In this document: positions 1-12,900 of the stretch, piece after piece
Layout of the letters: each line of letters begins with the position of its first letter
Position numbering within the stretch: position 1 is the stretch's first letter
Assembly (NCBI RefSeq): GCF_947568905.1
Contig: NC_079172.1
Location: 45,818,001 to 45,882,000 of the forward strand
Direction: 5' to 3'
Origin: Ostrea edulis
Lineage: Eukaryota
DNA length: 64,000 nt
Program-made: the position numbers and the translations under genes
The notes under the pieces: model-generated
What the model was told of the DNA's origin: nothing
The model's input: only the letters and a program-made list of their open reading frames with translations
Databases searched by the model: none

Positions 1-3000
1 TTCAAGAAGAAGCAGCTTCCTGCGGTGCTCAGCTGGTCCCGCTTCATTTACCCCTCCCTGGGGAAGAAACAACAATGGCAAAGTGGAGAGTCCTACCGTG
101 AGGATAAAAGCCTTGGAAACACTTAAAACTTTTTATCAACCCGTTTTGAAATCAGATGGTAATTTGTAGAGCATTGCACTAATCTTCCATCGACAGGAGG
201 CAAAGTAAGTTCCTGCTTGCAGAAACAAAAATGCCAGTCTTTTTGCAAATGAGTAGTAATTCCGTAAATAAATGATTGGCTTCTATAGGGATAGATCCAT
301 TAGGGACTTGGTTTTTCCCCCAAAAGATTTAACACTTATTGGTGTGTCAGTGTGATTTTGAGTGTCGACCGACATTGTGGCTCTTATAAACGGTTTGAAT
401 CACTTTACTACCAATATGTCTTCCAAAACAAAAAACAAACAAAAAACAAAAAACCACAAAGAAAAATAATTCATGGCACCTGACAATTCAAAACAATAAA
501 CAAGATTCATACAGACCCGAACATGTTACCCGTTTTAAGCTATATATAACGCGTCTTTATATTGCTTAGCTTGAACCTGCTTAAATATATCTTTTAAAAG
601 TTCGCAATCGAAAAGGCATACAAAATCATGGGCAGATCAACATGGAGAGAAAAATATATTGTACATGCATGGTGCAGGATATCACAGGCAAGCTAAAAAG
701 TCATTAAAACTGTCACAAACTTCATGATAAATAAATAATCGATATTAAATGATTGTTGAAGGTTTTAAACCTTAACTGCTATCAATCAAATCACAGAAGG
801 GGGCAAAGAGAGTCACAACAGATAAGTTGTTCTAAATGGGAGAGATCAGTTGATAATCACAAAGAAATGTGTCCAATTTATTCCAAGTCAGTGCCCTCAC
901 ACTGTTCAACACCACAAGTTTCATATACATTGTATGACACCAGAACTACTCAATGAACAAAAAGCACCAAAGAAAAAAAAAATCGCAAATCAATGAAAGA
1001 ACAAAAAAATCGCACCAAGTTCGTTCATCTTGTAGAGGATGATGAATCTTAACGTAAACTAACATTTTTCATTGATACTGGGGCTTGATAGATACTGTGT
1101 TAATCTACATGCTATTATCAAATTGAAGGCAATTAACATCAAATCTTGGCCTCTGCTTTCTCCCCTTCAATCCAACAACTTTCTGATCAGAAGAGTGTAT
1201 AAATTCAGTGCAATTCAATATCCTTGATTTTCAAGACAAACACAACACAGCTTAAGCTTTCTAAGGAAAGACAGGTTTAACTCTTCTCTCTTATCAAACA
1301 AAGACTATCCCATTCTTAAAATTTCTTCTCCCAAAATAAGAACCTATGTGAGCTTCAGGCTGCTGTTTCACCTACATTTTTCATATTTCTTTCCTACGCT
1401 GGGATTGTATTCTGTACACCCCCTTCTTTTTAAAACAAATTTCTATTTTCCACCTTTAAATAAAATTGCATGTGTATACTGATAAAATATAACACATTAT
1501 ATCTTCTCTTTAAAAATTATTACACATTAAATATTCTTCTCAATGTTTTTTTTAAGAATCCATGCATGGGATCACATTACCCAAACATAAATCATAAAAC
1601 TCACAACAGAAAAAAATAATAATGAAATTCTACACAATCGGCCTTTTAAGCTTATGATAATCTCAAACACATTAAATCTGTGGATAAAACCTGATCACAG
1701 TGTCGTTAACAGATCTTCATAATATTGTAAACATCGGTAGAACCGGTAAAAATGTGACTTTTATCGCCTTTTTAAATCACTGACAACCCTCTGCATTTGC
1801 ATACTCAATGCTCATATAAAGGCTAGACTAAAGAATATGAAGAAATATGACCGCCCTAGATCAGACTTCAGTGGGTCCAGATATGCACTCCCCGATAGTC
1901 ATCATCTCTGTACCGAAATAAAATGCACCTCTGAAATCGGAGAGAGGAGGAGACCTACTAGGAATCTTAATACCCTCATGAAATATTCACAGCCTTCAAG
2001 TCCCTGATGGTGACAGGGATGATTTATTTTGACAACGTTAAGTCTTTGATGCTCTTCTTGTAACAACTTAGAACTTGGAAAACAGAATAAAACTGACTGA
2101 TTGGGCTGTTGTGTGTGAACAGGTTCAACAAACTTTATTTATTTCTGTCTGGACTAATTAAATCTGAAAATGAAGGGCTTGGATTCAATTTATGAAACAT
2201 CAGGTCAAAAATATTAATTAAACGCATTCTTTTGTGAAAGTAAAAAGAGAATTCAAAAATTTATGACTTACTGTACTTGAGAACAGTTTAGTTATAAAAA
2301 ACTTATTATGTTTTCAAGAATCTTCTAGACTAGAAGCAAAAATATGCATGATTTTAATACAGAACTTAAATATATGTAGCAATTAAGCGTGGAAGAATCA
2401 TGACAAATATTGACACAATTCACAATTCATTCCGTGCGTTAGAAAAAAGATGAAAAATAATTAAATGACAATATCCCGGAAGAAGATGCTGCAAAAACAC
2501 GACACCTGGAGGGAGTTATCAGAGGTTGAAACAGATAATTACTACGCAGCACAAGTCAACTCAAAATGACACAGAAGGTGTCACTAGTAACACTAAAACA
2601 CCGGACTACCGAGGGAGATCCTATCGCAGCGTTTACTGCCAAGCCAGTGCAACGGGAGGAATGCAATACCTGGATGACACTAATTACTATTAATTGAACA
2701 TTCAAAATAAAATCTTAAAGCATCTCTGGCTGGATGTTGTCTCTCATCAGTGATGGATTCAAACCCCCTCTATTGTATATCAGATTAACAGCACATGACA
2801 TTTTCTTGTTCAATTATCATATTTTGGTAAATAATGAATTATTGTCCAAGTTGAATGGGGTGGGGGTAATCTTCCAAGATATTTACGACAGATTTGCACC
2901 CACATCTTGGGATTAACTCCGACATCAAGAGCAGAGAACGAAAGAAAGTGATTGGATGGCCTCATGTTTGTGTTTTTTATGCCTGGGTATAGATGACACA

Positions 3001-6000
3001 TTAAGACTGACTTGTAAATCCTTACAATTATGCACACCCGACAATAAGACAGAGGTCAAAAGGTCACAGAACCTGACCCTGTGACTAACAAAATCTAATT
3101 GATTCGAGATCACAGGTTGGAATTTCCCTTGAATTCTGCTTCATTCCAAAGGTTTTTTTTTTCTTTCTTTCAAGTATTAATCACCACATCAGAAACGCCT
3201 GAGAATTAGATATCCCTGATTTGTGTCAATTGTCTGTCGACACATCACAGGGATATCTGCTCTGGAAGATACAGAAAACTTGACTCCCCCTCTCCTACAA
3301 TGTACATATGTCATCAACTAAAGGAATCCAATTTTCTGAAGGCTTTTTGTATTTATATACACCACTAATTAATGATGATTGGGATAGAAATCAGAACCCA
3401 GGCTGGAGGAAACCAAGACCAACATTTTCTTCACTCTGAGTGGCTTCAAAAGAATTGTACTTTCCTCAAAAGGTGTTGTTTTAGTCTCTTAGAAGGAATA
3501 TTTGTAGATATATTTATATCTATCACCTATTGAAGAGGTATGAATGGTGTGGCCTACAGGTGTGTTACAAAGCCCTTCAGATTTTATCAGCCAGTTCTAC
3601 TAAGTAATACCAGAGAAACATGAAAAGTCAATATTTTGACAAGACAGTGGAAACTCTGACAAAGAGAGCTGACCCCTTTGTGTGGTGGACAGAGGGCCAG
3701 AAGCCATGAATGGTCAGGAATGTTTATTTATAATTATCCCTGGAAATTCAACAGTCCATCATACACACTGAAACTACAGGCTTCATTTCTTCCTATCCCA
3801 AACTAGTTGTTTATTTGAGGATTTGACATGACATGTTGATCATGATGATATGCACTTATAAAAGTCTGTCAGGATGTCTATGTCAATCTCCGAGCCCAAT
3901 TCATGAATTCTTATTAAATTTTCTTAATGAAATGAAAACTACTCGCCATCAAATCAATATACCACCAAGATATTTATTTTTTCCCAGATGATCTTCATTA
4001 TTTCTAATCTGAGTGCTAAAATTTAGTTAAGGGCTATTGTCAACAATGGAAGTTGGTGCCCATTTTTCCTCTCAAAGAAAACAAGATTAGACATTAACAC
4101 AATTGGGAAAGAATTGCTGATGCCGAATTCTCAAACATAGTGGAATAACCAATTGAAATCACCAGTGGATGTGAGGTTGGCAGTTAATAATAATGGAATT
4201 AGATTTGGTGTTTCCGTCATTTCAGCTATGACACATTTTCAGGATTATGTTTGGCCACCCTTTATGATAATAATGCACACTTCAAGTACACAGGTGTTAA
4301 CAAAAAGACTCCATATCAAAAACATGGTCAATGAAAAAACAATTATGTAGTATTCAAAATTTTAAAGCACTACACTGTCCCACTATTTTCTGAAAACCCA
4401 TCAATTTTCATTTCATATATCAAATTTTATGTCAAAAGGATGTTCAGCAATTTTAGTTTTTTCTCGTGGTTATATTTCTTGCATGCAACACTAAAAATAG
4501 AATTTAAGCCAACTCTAACAAGGGCTTTCTGTAAAATAAAGCTTATTTCAATATCGTAAATCACGACATCCAAATAAATTATCTTTGGAGAGGTGAGAGG
4601 CAACACTGCTGCCATCTACACTGAAGTTATCACAAAAACGACTGTAAAAACAAAGGGTGTCACCCGCCACTGCCGATAACAGCTTATAAAGTGTGTTTGA
4701 CTTTCTCGACTCCAAAACCTTCATATGTCAACTCCGCTTTTCAAAATGTACAAATGATTGTCCTTCAATTGAATCAGTAAATGTTCATTTTCATTAAATT
4801 AGCAACTAGATGCTTGAAAAATGCTTAATTTGGTCAGAGGAATGAAAATAGATTTGAGTCTCCGTCTCTTTGGCCCTTGACATCATAGGAATTAATTGAG
4901 CAGTGTACTACAAATGTGGAATTTGGTGTTGCGCGAGGAAGACTTTGTTTACCTCTAAAATCCCTGGATCTTCTGAAATCCTGCTTCATCTGGTACAAAG
5001 TTTCATATAAAGCAATTCTCAGACTTTATTAAACTTTTCACTGGGGAAAAAATAATATGAATGATAAAACACAAAGACCGCTATTGAGCAGGGACACTGC
5101 TAGCTTACTGGCATTAAAATAAATTGAAATGGAGGGGCAAACAGACACATTAACAGATTTACTGGATACTCCAAGTGACAAAATGAAATGGAAAACTCCA
5201 ATTGGACAGCTAGGGGGGAAAAGACATCAATTATGGCCCCCTCTATAATGAGTGTCAAATTCATAACCATACTGTGACCCACACAATATTTAGCTTTCTT
5301 ATCAGGGCACATTCAGAAGCACACAAACAGAGAGAGAGAGGGAGTGAGAGGGACAGGCAGTTCATAGATCAGTTACTTTATGACAGAATTATGATATACC
5401 TCTGCTAATGACCTGACACTTAGCTGGACAATAAAACCTGACTTGGGACAAATCACACCAAGCCAAAGGTCCAGTCTGAACAAACTAGAATGGCCACACA
5501 ATCAGGGGAATGAAATGAGCCTCATAAATCTCTCACCTAAAATCATCCCCTGCTGGATTTTCTGTGGAGAAGGGTTAGCTGAGGATAGTCTGGCACTGTG
5601 GGTTAAGTCAGGCTACTTCTAACCCATTAACACCCCCAGAAGGGCAACCAGATGATCAGAACCAGCATCAGTGGATAATGGCATCTCATAAAACATGTCT
5701 TTACTGCATGTCCATGTCTCATACTAGCTCATTCAGATCATGTCTCACTTACACACCATTTAAAACAGGTAAAATCACAAAAAACACTGTATCATACATT
5801 TTTTCTAATGAGCTTTGCAGAATATAATATTTTACTCAAACAGAAAAAAATCCCCACTCCCCAATTTTGCATTGATCTCCTTTCAGCATGCCCTGGTTAA
5901 TTTTTCTACACATTAATTAATAATCTACAAAATAATCAACAGGAGAAAAGATCTTATCTCTCCACACCACATGCTCCACCTAATTAGGCTAAACAGGCAT

Positions 6001-8146
6001 CACTTTTGGTGACCTCCTTTTTTCTTGATCTCTAATCAAACTACAACATTTGTTTAATCAACAGGGAAAGAAAAACAATGTAAGAGACCAACTGAAATAA
6101 CAACAGTGGGTGGAGGGATAATTACCCCCCAACCCTCCCAAGCCTTTCATGTCAAAATCTACATCAGCAAAACTCTTATTCCTAAAATAATGTTTGCTTA
6201 AGCTCAAATTAGTTTTGTTAAAATGCTTACAATTTGTGGGAATAACAGGCCCATCTATTCAATTATGTTGATGAGGATGAATGAGATTTCTAAGGGCAAG
6301 TGACATGGAGGAATTGACCATGTCCACAACCTGGGCCAAGAATCAGGTCAGGCCCAATATAATTGGTTCCAAATGCTCCAATCCCAACCTTACAGACAAA
6401 CCTGGAACTGCTCTCCAAGACTGTGTTTATGACAGAAGAAATCTGCAATTTCCTTTCGAAATGTAGTCAAGCAATTGATTTTCCATCTTCTACTTTAATA
6501 ATTTTGCCTTCCTTGAGTCCTATTATCCTATGAACAAGTTGATTCCAACCTATTTTTACAGGAAATGGACATAGGGATGATGAGAATTTCTCCCTCCCTG
6601 TAAGCCAATTAGCGACAAGAAAACGCTGTGGAGAAACGTTTATCACCCAGCTTATAGCATCTTAATGCCACCTAGCAGAAGACTCAAGACCAATACCCCA
6701 TCTTTTCATTAAGAAATCTGATGAAATTTGCCTGGAAAAGTATACAAGAAGTGATTCATTGTAAGGGACAGCTGGGTGACTAATGCTGTCAAGGACAGCT
6801 TCTGGCCTAGGGCAGGTGCTTTAATATCATACACTGGAATTCAATGGCATGAAATTCTGCAAAACATTTCCATCTCTGTAACTTAAAGAGAGCTACAATA
6901 CACAGGTATATAACATGTGCAAATATATATTGATAATTACTGATAAAATAACCATAATTTGACAGTGCACCTTTTAAGCAGAGTCCAGCTGATGTTTCCT
7001 TTTCTTTGTTCTTAGCTGCAGAATTGTAGCTAACTATAGGGATAAAATCAGGACAACTTTTCTGTTCATGATTCAGGTGTTACACATGTATCTAACATGG
7101 CGATGTACACTAGCTAGCAAAATTTATTGGAGTAGCTAGGGCTTCTGCAAGTATTCAGTTCATATAGGGCTAAATATCTTCAGGCATGCCTTGACACATG
7201 AAGTGTATTCAGAAAATAACTTAAGAATTCTGTGAGGCTGGATGTTAAAATACTTGATTATGGAGATACAACACCCGAATCACTCCGGTTTTCACAATGG
7301 GTGGATTATATCCCATTCTATCACCCAGAGAGTTACAGTTCTATGCAGCTCATGGTTCTCCAATTTAAGTTTCTATATCATCAATCTGAACTTGTTGAAA
7401 TCAGACAAACAGGACAGGTGACCTAATGATTCAGTTTTGATATCCAATGGAACAAACTTTATGTAATAGACTTTTTGAAATAATTTTGGTAAACAAGTCA
7501 CCTAATTCACATCAACGTTAACTAGTTACGAATGCATCATTTTCACCATATCACTGCAAATTACTGCAGCGTCAATACATGGTTATACACTCCTATGGAG
7601 CTTGCATCCCTATTGATAACTTAATTTTCTTTCAAATTAGGCAGAGTCCGAGAAATCCAAGAACTTGGATTCCAATAGAAACCATTCTGTCTAAAGAACA
7701 AAGTCTTGGATCAGGTTTAATACTACAAGACTAATTAATAAAAGAAACCTTATTAGTCATTTTCTGAGGAAGCTTGCGACATTCTTCTCAGATCGATTTC
7801 ATCTGTTGTCCATTATAAAAACGACCATCTAACCCACTCCACAATCTATCAATGACTGGGCTCTCTCTAAGCCAAATCAGTCTTCTGAAGAAAAATTTCT
7901 TATTTTGTCATGTACATCAATCGAGGAGCTAGACAGATGGGTTCTAGCAATAATTTTAATACGGGTTTTACATTGGGTGGTTTTGTCTACAATAATTGAG
8001 GTCAATTTCCTTGAATTGAATGGGGCACTACCTTGTATAAACCACTTAATTTTGGCTCATCAAAAAAGTTTTCATCATATTCAGTCTGAAAGAAACGTAA
8101 AACATGATATTCAAGGAGTTGTCTCCCCTCTAGAAATGTAACTCAC

Positions 8147-8422
8147 CATGAACAACTAATGTGTAGTTTACAGAGATACTGCCAAATCCATTGGTTGCTT
8201 TACACACATATTTCCCAGCATTCTCCACCTCTATGTCCTTAATGCGTAAAGATCCATCCTTAAGAACTTTATGTTTTTCCCATAATTCATTTATACTTTC
8301 ACCGTCTTTCTTCCACTCTATGAAAGGAAATGGGTCCCCTGCTACAGGACAGAGTAATTTTTTGGTATGATTTACTCTCGCGATTTGTCGACTTCTTCCA
8401 TCACCTACATACTGTGGGGGAC
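8147..8422 (-). CDS. FGFRL1: FGFRL1-like gene, exon encoding the first Ig domain
   Basis: Minus-strand acceptor ttatttttcag before 8422 and donor GTGAGT after 8147; 276 nt, phase 1-1. It translates as (G)PPQYVGDGRSRQIARVNHTKKLLCPVAGDPFPFIEWKKDGESINELWEKHKVLKDGSLRIKDIEVENAGKYVCKATNGFGSISVNYTLVVH. The motifs GPP..RQ.AR, CPV.GDP.P, W.KDG and YVCKATNGFGS.SVNYTLVV match FGFRL1 Ig1 as I know it. Confidence 0.92.
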
Positions 8423-11400
8423 CTGAAAAATAACAATTTGAAATGATTACGTACATCTTATCTCACGGTTTTGTAGAGTCATATTAAGATAATTTTTGCA
8501 CTTTAATAACATATTATTTGAGAGCATGCATTCCCATAAATATAAATCTGCCTTTTTTGTAAATCTAGTATATGATTTTAACCCTTTTGCTCACAAGCAA
8601 ACTAGTTCATCAACCTGCCTATATAATGATGGTAATGTAAGCTCAAAGAGAGCTGATCCAAGTTAAACTGACAAAAAAATTACCCATGCAGAAAAAATTA
8701 TATTCTCTAACCACTATCCCTCTACAGAGATGTTACGCGATACAAAATGTCATTGTAAATTTCACGGTGAATGCTGGGACATTGCCTAGTTCATTTTTCT
8801 GGGATGTTTTACAGAAGGTAAATCGTTTGAGTTACAACATTTCCCAGTGTTTTTGTTGTTGGACAATAGCAGGTGCCCCTCTCTTTAATCTTTAACAGAC
8901 AAGAGCCTTCATTTCTGTTTATTGCAACACAACATATGTACACCACCATTGTACTTTTACCAATTGAAATGTTTTTTGTAACATTTATTTTGCTGCGATA
9001 CCGTAACACAGGCTAGAAATTTTATTTTCTACCATCGGTATGTGCCTCTTCTTCTCATTTTTTTTTTTTTCTCCCACATGGAGTTTAAGCGTTTGGAGCC
9101 ATACCAGGCCCTGACAATTTCATTTTTTTGTCTGGGCTGGTGCTCTAAGTGGCCAGAAAAGTCGATAATGTGTAAATAGCCAATTATCTTTTTTTCAAAA
9201 AATAAAATTAAAAAGTTGTGCAATATGATGTAGCATGTGCTATCTGAAAATTACAGCACTTGAAAAGCTGTTACTCCTCGTCAGGTGCTCTTAATGGAAA
9301 CATCCCCCCTGCTTCATAAAATGCTGTTTGCAAATCATAATTCTCACCAATAAATCACCACGGGAAGGCAGATGAAGTTATAATGTATCAAAAGTTTAAC
9401 AGGTTTAAGAGTAGAGGCAAGATCACGGCCTCAATAGCTTGCCTGACTTTTACGGACAATTCTGAATTCTCCTTGTCGTGTGGCACTCTTGCCAAAAATG
9501 TTGGCCTTGTTCAGGTATAATGGATCTGTCAAGTTTAAGAGCCTTGGAAGCAAAATGCAATTTAGTGACTAAAGTTGTGGCATGTTCAGCAATGCATTGA
9601 ACTTGCCTAAATATTCAGTCCTTCAGAAATCTATTAAAGCTAATAGCAAATACAGTATATCTTTAATTTATTCAAGGGTTTAATTGAGTTGTAGTGATTA
9701 TTGCCAGCAAATAATGCATGTTGTTCTCAGCATGCAGACCACTACATCAGTGATATTACAGCATTATATTTGTTCACCAGCTGTCTACAGGGACCAGTTG
9801 TGTTATTTGCTTATATTGCCCATGCTGTCTAGAAAAATACTTCACTCTGCTTTAAGAATGTCTTTTAATTACTTAAGATCTTAATGCTATGGCTAATGAG
9901 TTTAATGGCCAAGTTATGTTGTTTTTTTTTAGTTTAATGAAGATGTGTCACATATTTTGGTTGGGAGGTTAAGAGGGATTTCCATCTTCTGGCCAAGAGC
10001 TGAAGTTGGGATGCTTGAAGGGAGGGGATCACTAATTGACCGAAAAGTGGGACAGTTGAGGGAGAAGAAGGGATGTTCCCGAGAGTGGGGAGCACTGATG
10101 GAAGGGGTAGGAATGAGATAGTCGAGGAGGAACAAGTCATTTGACAAGGGGAAAGCCAGAGAAAGAATGCTTGAGTGAGGGACACGTGTAGGAATAGCAA
10201 ATACATGTGAAGGAAACACTTAGGGAGCACTGGAGGAAAGAGGCAGTGCTCAATAAGTACAACAACTACTGACTGCACTTCCTTCCTCTGAGCACACCTT
10301 GTGTACAGATAAAAGTCTCTCAGAACTGATAGGAGAAAAAATAATACCAATACTGGAACCATTATTTCATCTCCAATTCCATCCCAGTCCTAACATTCCG
10401 TATGCCCAATGAGATCTTTCTGCGTCAACAAGACCACACGTAACTACGTGTATTAGGTAAAGTGAGTAGCTCTTAGCATCATTTTTGAAAGTGGAAATGT
10501 TGGGTACAAATGCAAAAAAAAGTTGCCCTGATATTTGTCAGGAAATTCTTAGGTTAACAAGAAAAGTTGTGTCCAAATCCAAAATTCAAGGAGGGGGCTT
10601 TGTCCTTCAGTACATGAGTTAAATTCCATTGGTTTAACCTTACATTTCTACTACCATGCAACGTACACTACTATAAGAAGTGACCATTAAGGTAAATAAT
10701 CGATCTTTTCATGTAAAAATAACAAACTTTGTATGTATAACAGGATAAATATGTCACACTTAATTGTCAAGAAAAGAAGGGAAGAGCCAAGCCAAGCCCC
10801 CCCCCCCCCCCCCCCTTCAGTTGCTACATGCCTGGAGATCGATGCATACAATGTTGTTGTTTATGATATCATTGTGATATCAGTTGTTATAATGATAAGA
10901 GAAAATCTTACAAACTGAGTAAATATCCACATACACTAGAGAAAATTTACACAGTCTTATGAATTTTTTTAAGCCTTTCACAACTATAGATATCAGAAAC
11001 TTGTGTTTTTTGGTACTAGGATATTCACTTGCAACATTCTAAAAACATAATCTTCAACTCAGGCAAATATATTTGTATCAGAAATGAATCCTCTTCAGCC
11101 ATCACAACTGGTATACAAGAGTTTCTCAAGTGAAAAATAATTTTAGGAACTTTTTCTGAAGATCGAGTTTCAAAATTTTACTGTTCCGATATCCCATATT
11201 AACAGTATCATAATCTGACATACTGTATGTACTTCAATAAGCAGATAGCTGATTTCCCAATCAACTGACTGTGGACACAAAGAAGACTGAATCAAGATCA
11301 GAGAGGAAAAATAGACAAGAAAGTGTCAATATTGAAACAAATTTTTATTGTTGTGGATATGAGTAATATGAGCAAAGAAAAACAAAGAGAAGTTATGATA

Positions 11401-11816
11401 TTCAGCGAATCATTACATCTTAACAATCTGCCTGCCTGTGTCTCATAGAAAACAAAAAGACAATGAAAAAAGATGGCTAAATTTGATACCCAACTCAGAA
11501 CAGCTTTTGCTTGGAGTTCTCTAGTCATGAGCTAATGGCTCCTAAATGATATTTAGTAATTAATACCACATATCTTGCTACATCACACAGATTGGCCCAT
11601 CAAAGTAAATTCTAACTGTTGGCATTTGATTGAGGAGACCCTCTGTAACAGTGTGACCACTTTCTCTTATCATAAAGAGATGCCTTTCCTCCAGTGCGTT
11701 TACAGATAGAGACTCTCTCTCTGATAATTCAAAGGATGTGCAGTAACTGTCCAACTACATCCTAACAATAAAAATATGTTTCATCCTTGAGTAATATTAC
11801 ACATTTCCAATGATGA

Positions 11817-12200
11817 ACAAGATATATCTGTGAAACACTGCTCTCCCAAGATGGCCAAGTTCAAGCAAGTTTGACCTTGACCATCATCAGTCACTTTAAC
11901 TTTCATCTTAATTTTTTAAACTCAGAGGCCCCATACGTGTCAAAGCAGGTGTGGCATGATAAAGATCTCTCCCTGCTCAAAGGCAGTAAGCTCCAAGCAT
12001 AGGCTTACATGTAAGTCTTGCAGCCCTTCACCAGCACTGGTAATTAAAGTCTCCATGAGTGAAAAATTCTTGAGTGGGATGTTAAACAATATACAATCAA
12101 TCATTCATCAAGTGTGTAGTCTTCATCTTATATAGTTCAAAAGTCAAGGACACACAGACCACCACCACCCCCCCCCCCCTCCTATAAAACAAGAATAATC
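11817..12200 (-). mobile_element. Degenerate Helentron-type non-autonomous element fragment with a SINE fragment inside
   Basis: Begins aacaagatatatctgtgaaacac, similar to the end of the 27661 element (aacaagatgtgtttgtgaaacac). Contains tgaccttgacc and caaggacacacagacc motifs of that family. Confidence 0.4.
11925..12102 (+). mobile_element. 5'-truncated SINE (central body and 3' tail)
   Basis: gaggcccc..gtgtcaaagcaggtgtggcatgataaagatctctccctgctcaaagg...gcagcccttcacc...gagtgaaaaattcttgagtgggatgttaaac plus a caatcaatc tail; homologous to the copies at 29993 and 60341. Confidence 0.7.
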
Positions 12201-12649
12201 TTCTAATAGCATGCAGTCACACACCTCTGTTGATGAGCAAGAATAAATAAGTATACAGCCACACAGCATTCATGATTGTAGATGAGCAAGAAGAACACAG
12301 CTGTGTTACATGACCAGTGTCCATTATTCAGAAATTCATTAATTGGGGTCCATACTGTGGTCAAACCAGATAGTAGTAATTAACCCTAACAAGACTTCAA
12401 TTTCCTTCCATGATTACTTACTATAAATCTGATGACAATTTTTCTTTCCTCAGAAATGAAGATCACAGTGTATTAATAAACGTAAATTACCTCCATTATG
12501 GTCAACCTAATTAATTCTCCCATGCGAAATAAATGCATTACTTCTAATATATATTGATGAAAGCTCCATGAAGTAAGGCAACTACTCCAATTTTGGGCAT
12601 ATATTCCCAAAGAGCTCTAAAGACCTTTGTTCTTTGATCTTTTAACTTA

Positions 12650-12900
12650 AACAAGAGGCCCACAGGCCTTATCGATCACCTGAGTACATATATATATATA
12701 TGCATCAAACATATCAAGGGTACCCAAGATGCTTGAAAGGCCTTGGCTCGACTTTTTCTATAAATATTTAATCATAGGAACCTAGATATTTGATATGCAA
12801 ATAATCTTAACTATTGAACACATATATACACACACTGTAGATCTGAAAGGACAAAATATCCACTTTTGTTTTATTTAAAATATTTCAAAGAATGAAAATG
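12650..12900 (-). mobile_element. 3' end of a Helentron-type non-autonomous element
   Basis: aacaagaggcccacaggccttatcgatcacctgagt closely resembles the reverse complement of the terminal structure at 52400-52437 (ctcaggtga..ggcc.tgggcctcttgtt). The inner boundary is uncertain. Confidence 0.5.

Noticed and set aside
1-57. Strong minus-strand acceptor (tttcttccccag) followed by the open frame GGVNEAGPAEHRRKLLLLE, as the next FGFRL1 exon
   Set aside because: The Ig1 exon ends in phase 1, and in that phase the sequence reads GRGK then TGA. It shows no similarity to the FGFRL1 linker or Ig2.
4952-4988. Possible 37-nt minus-strand micro-exon (cag|ATGAAGCAGG...TTTAGAG|gtaaac)
   Set aside because: It has an in-frame TAG in the required phase, and alternative acceptors give no recognisable FGFRL1 sequence.
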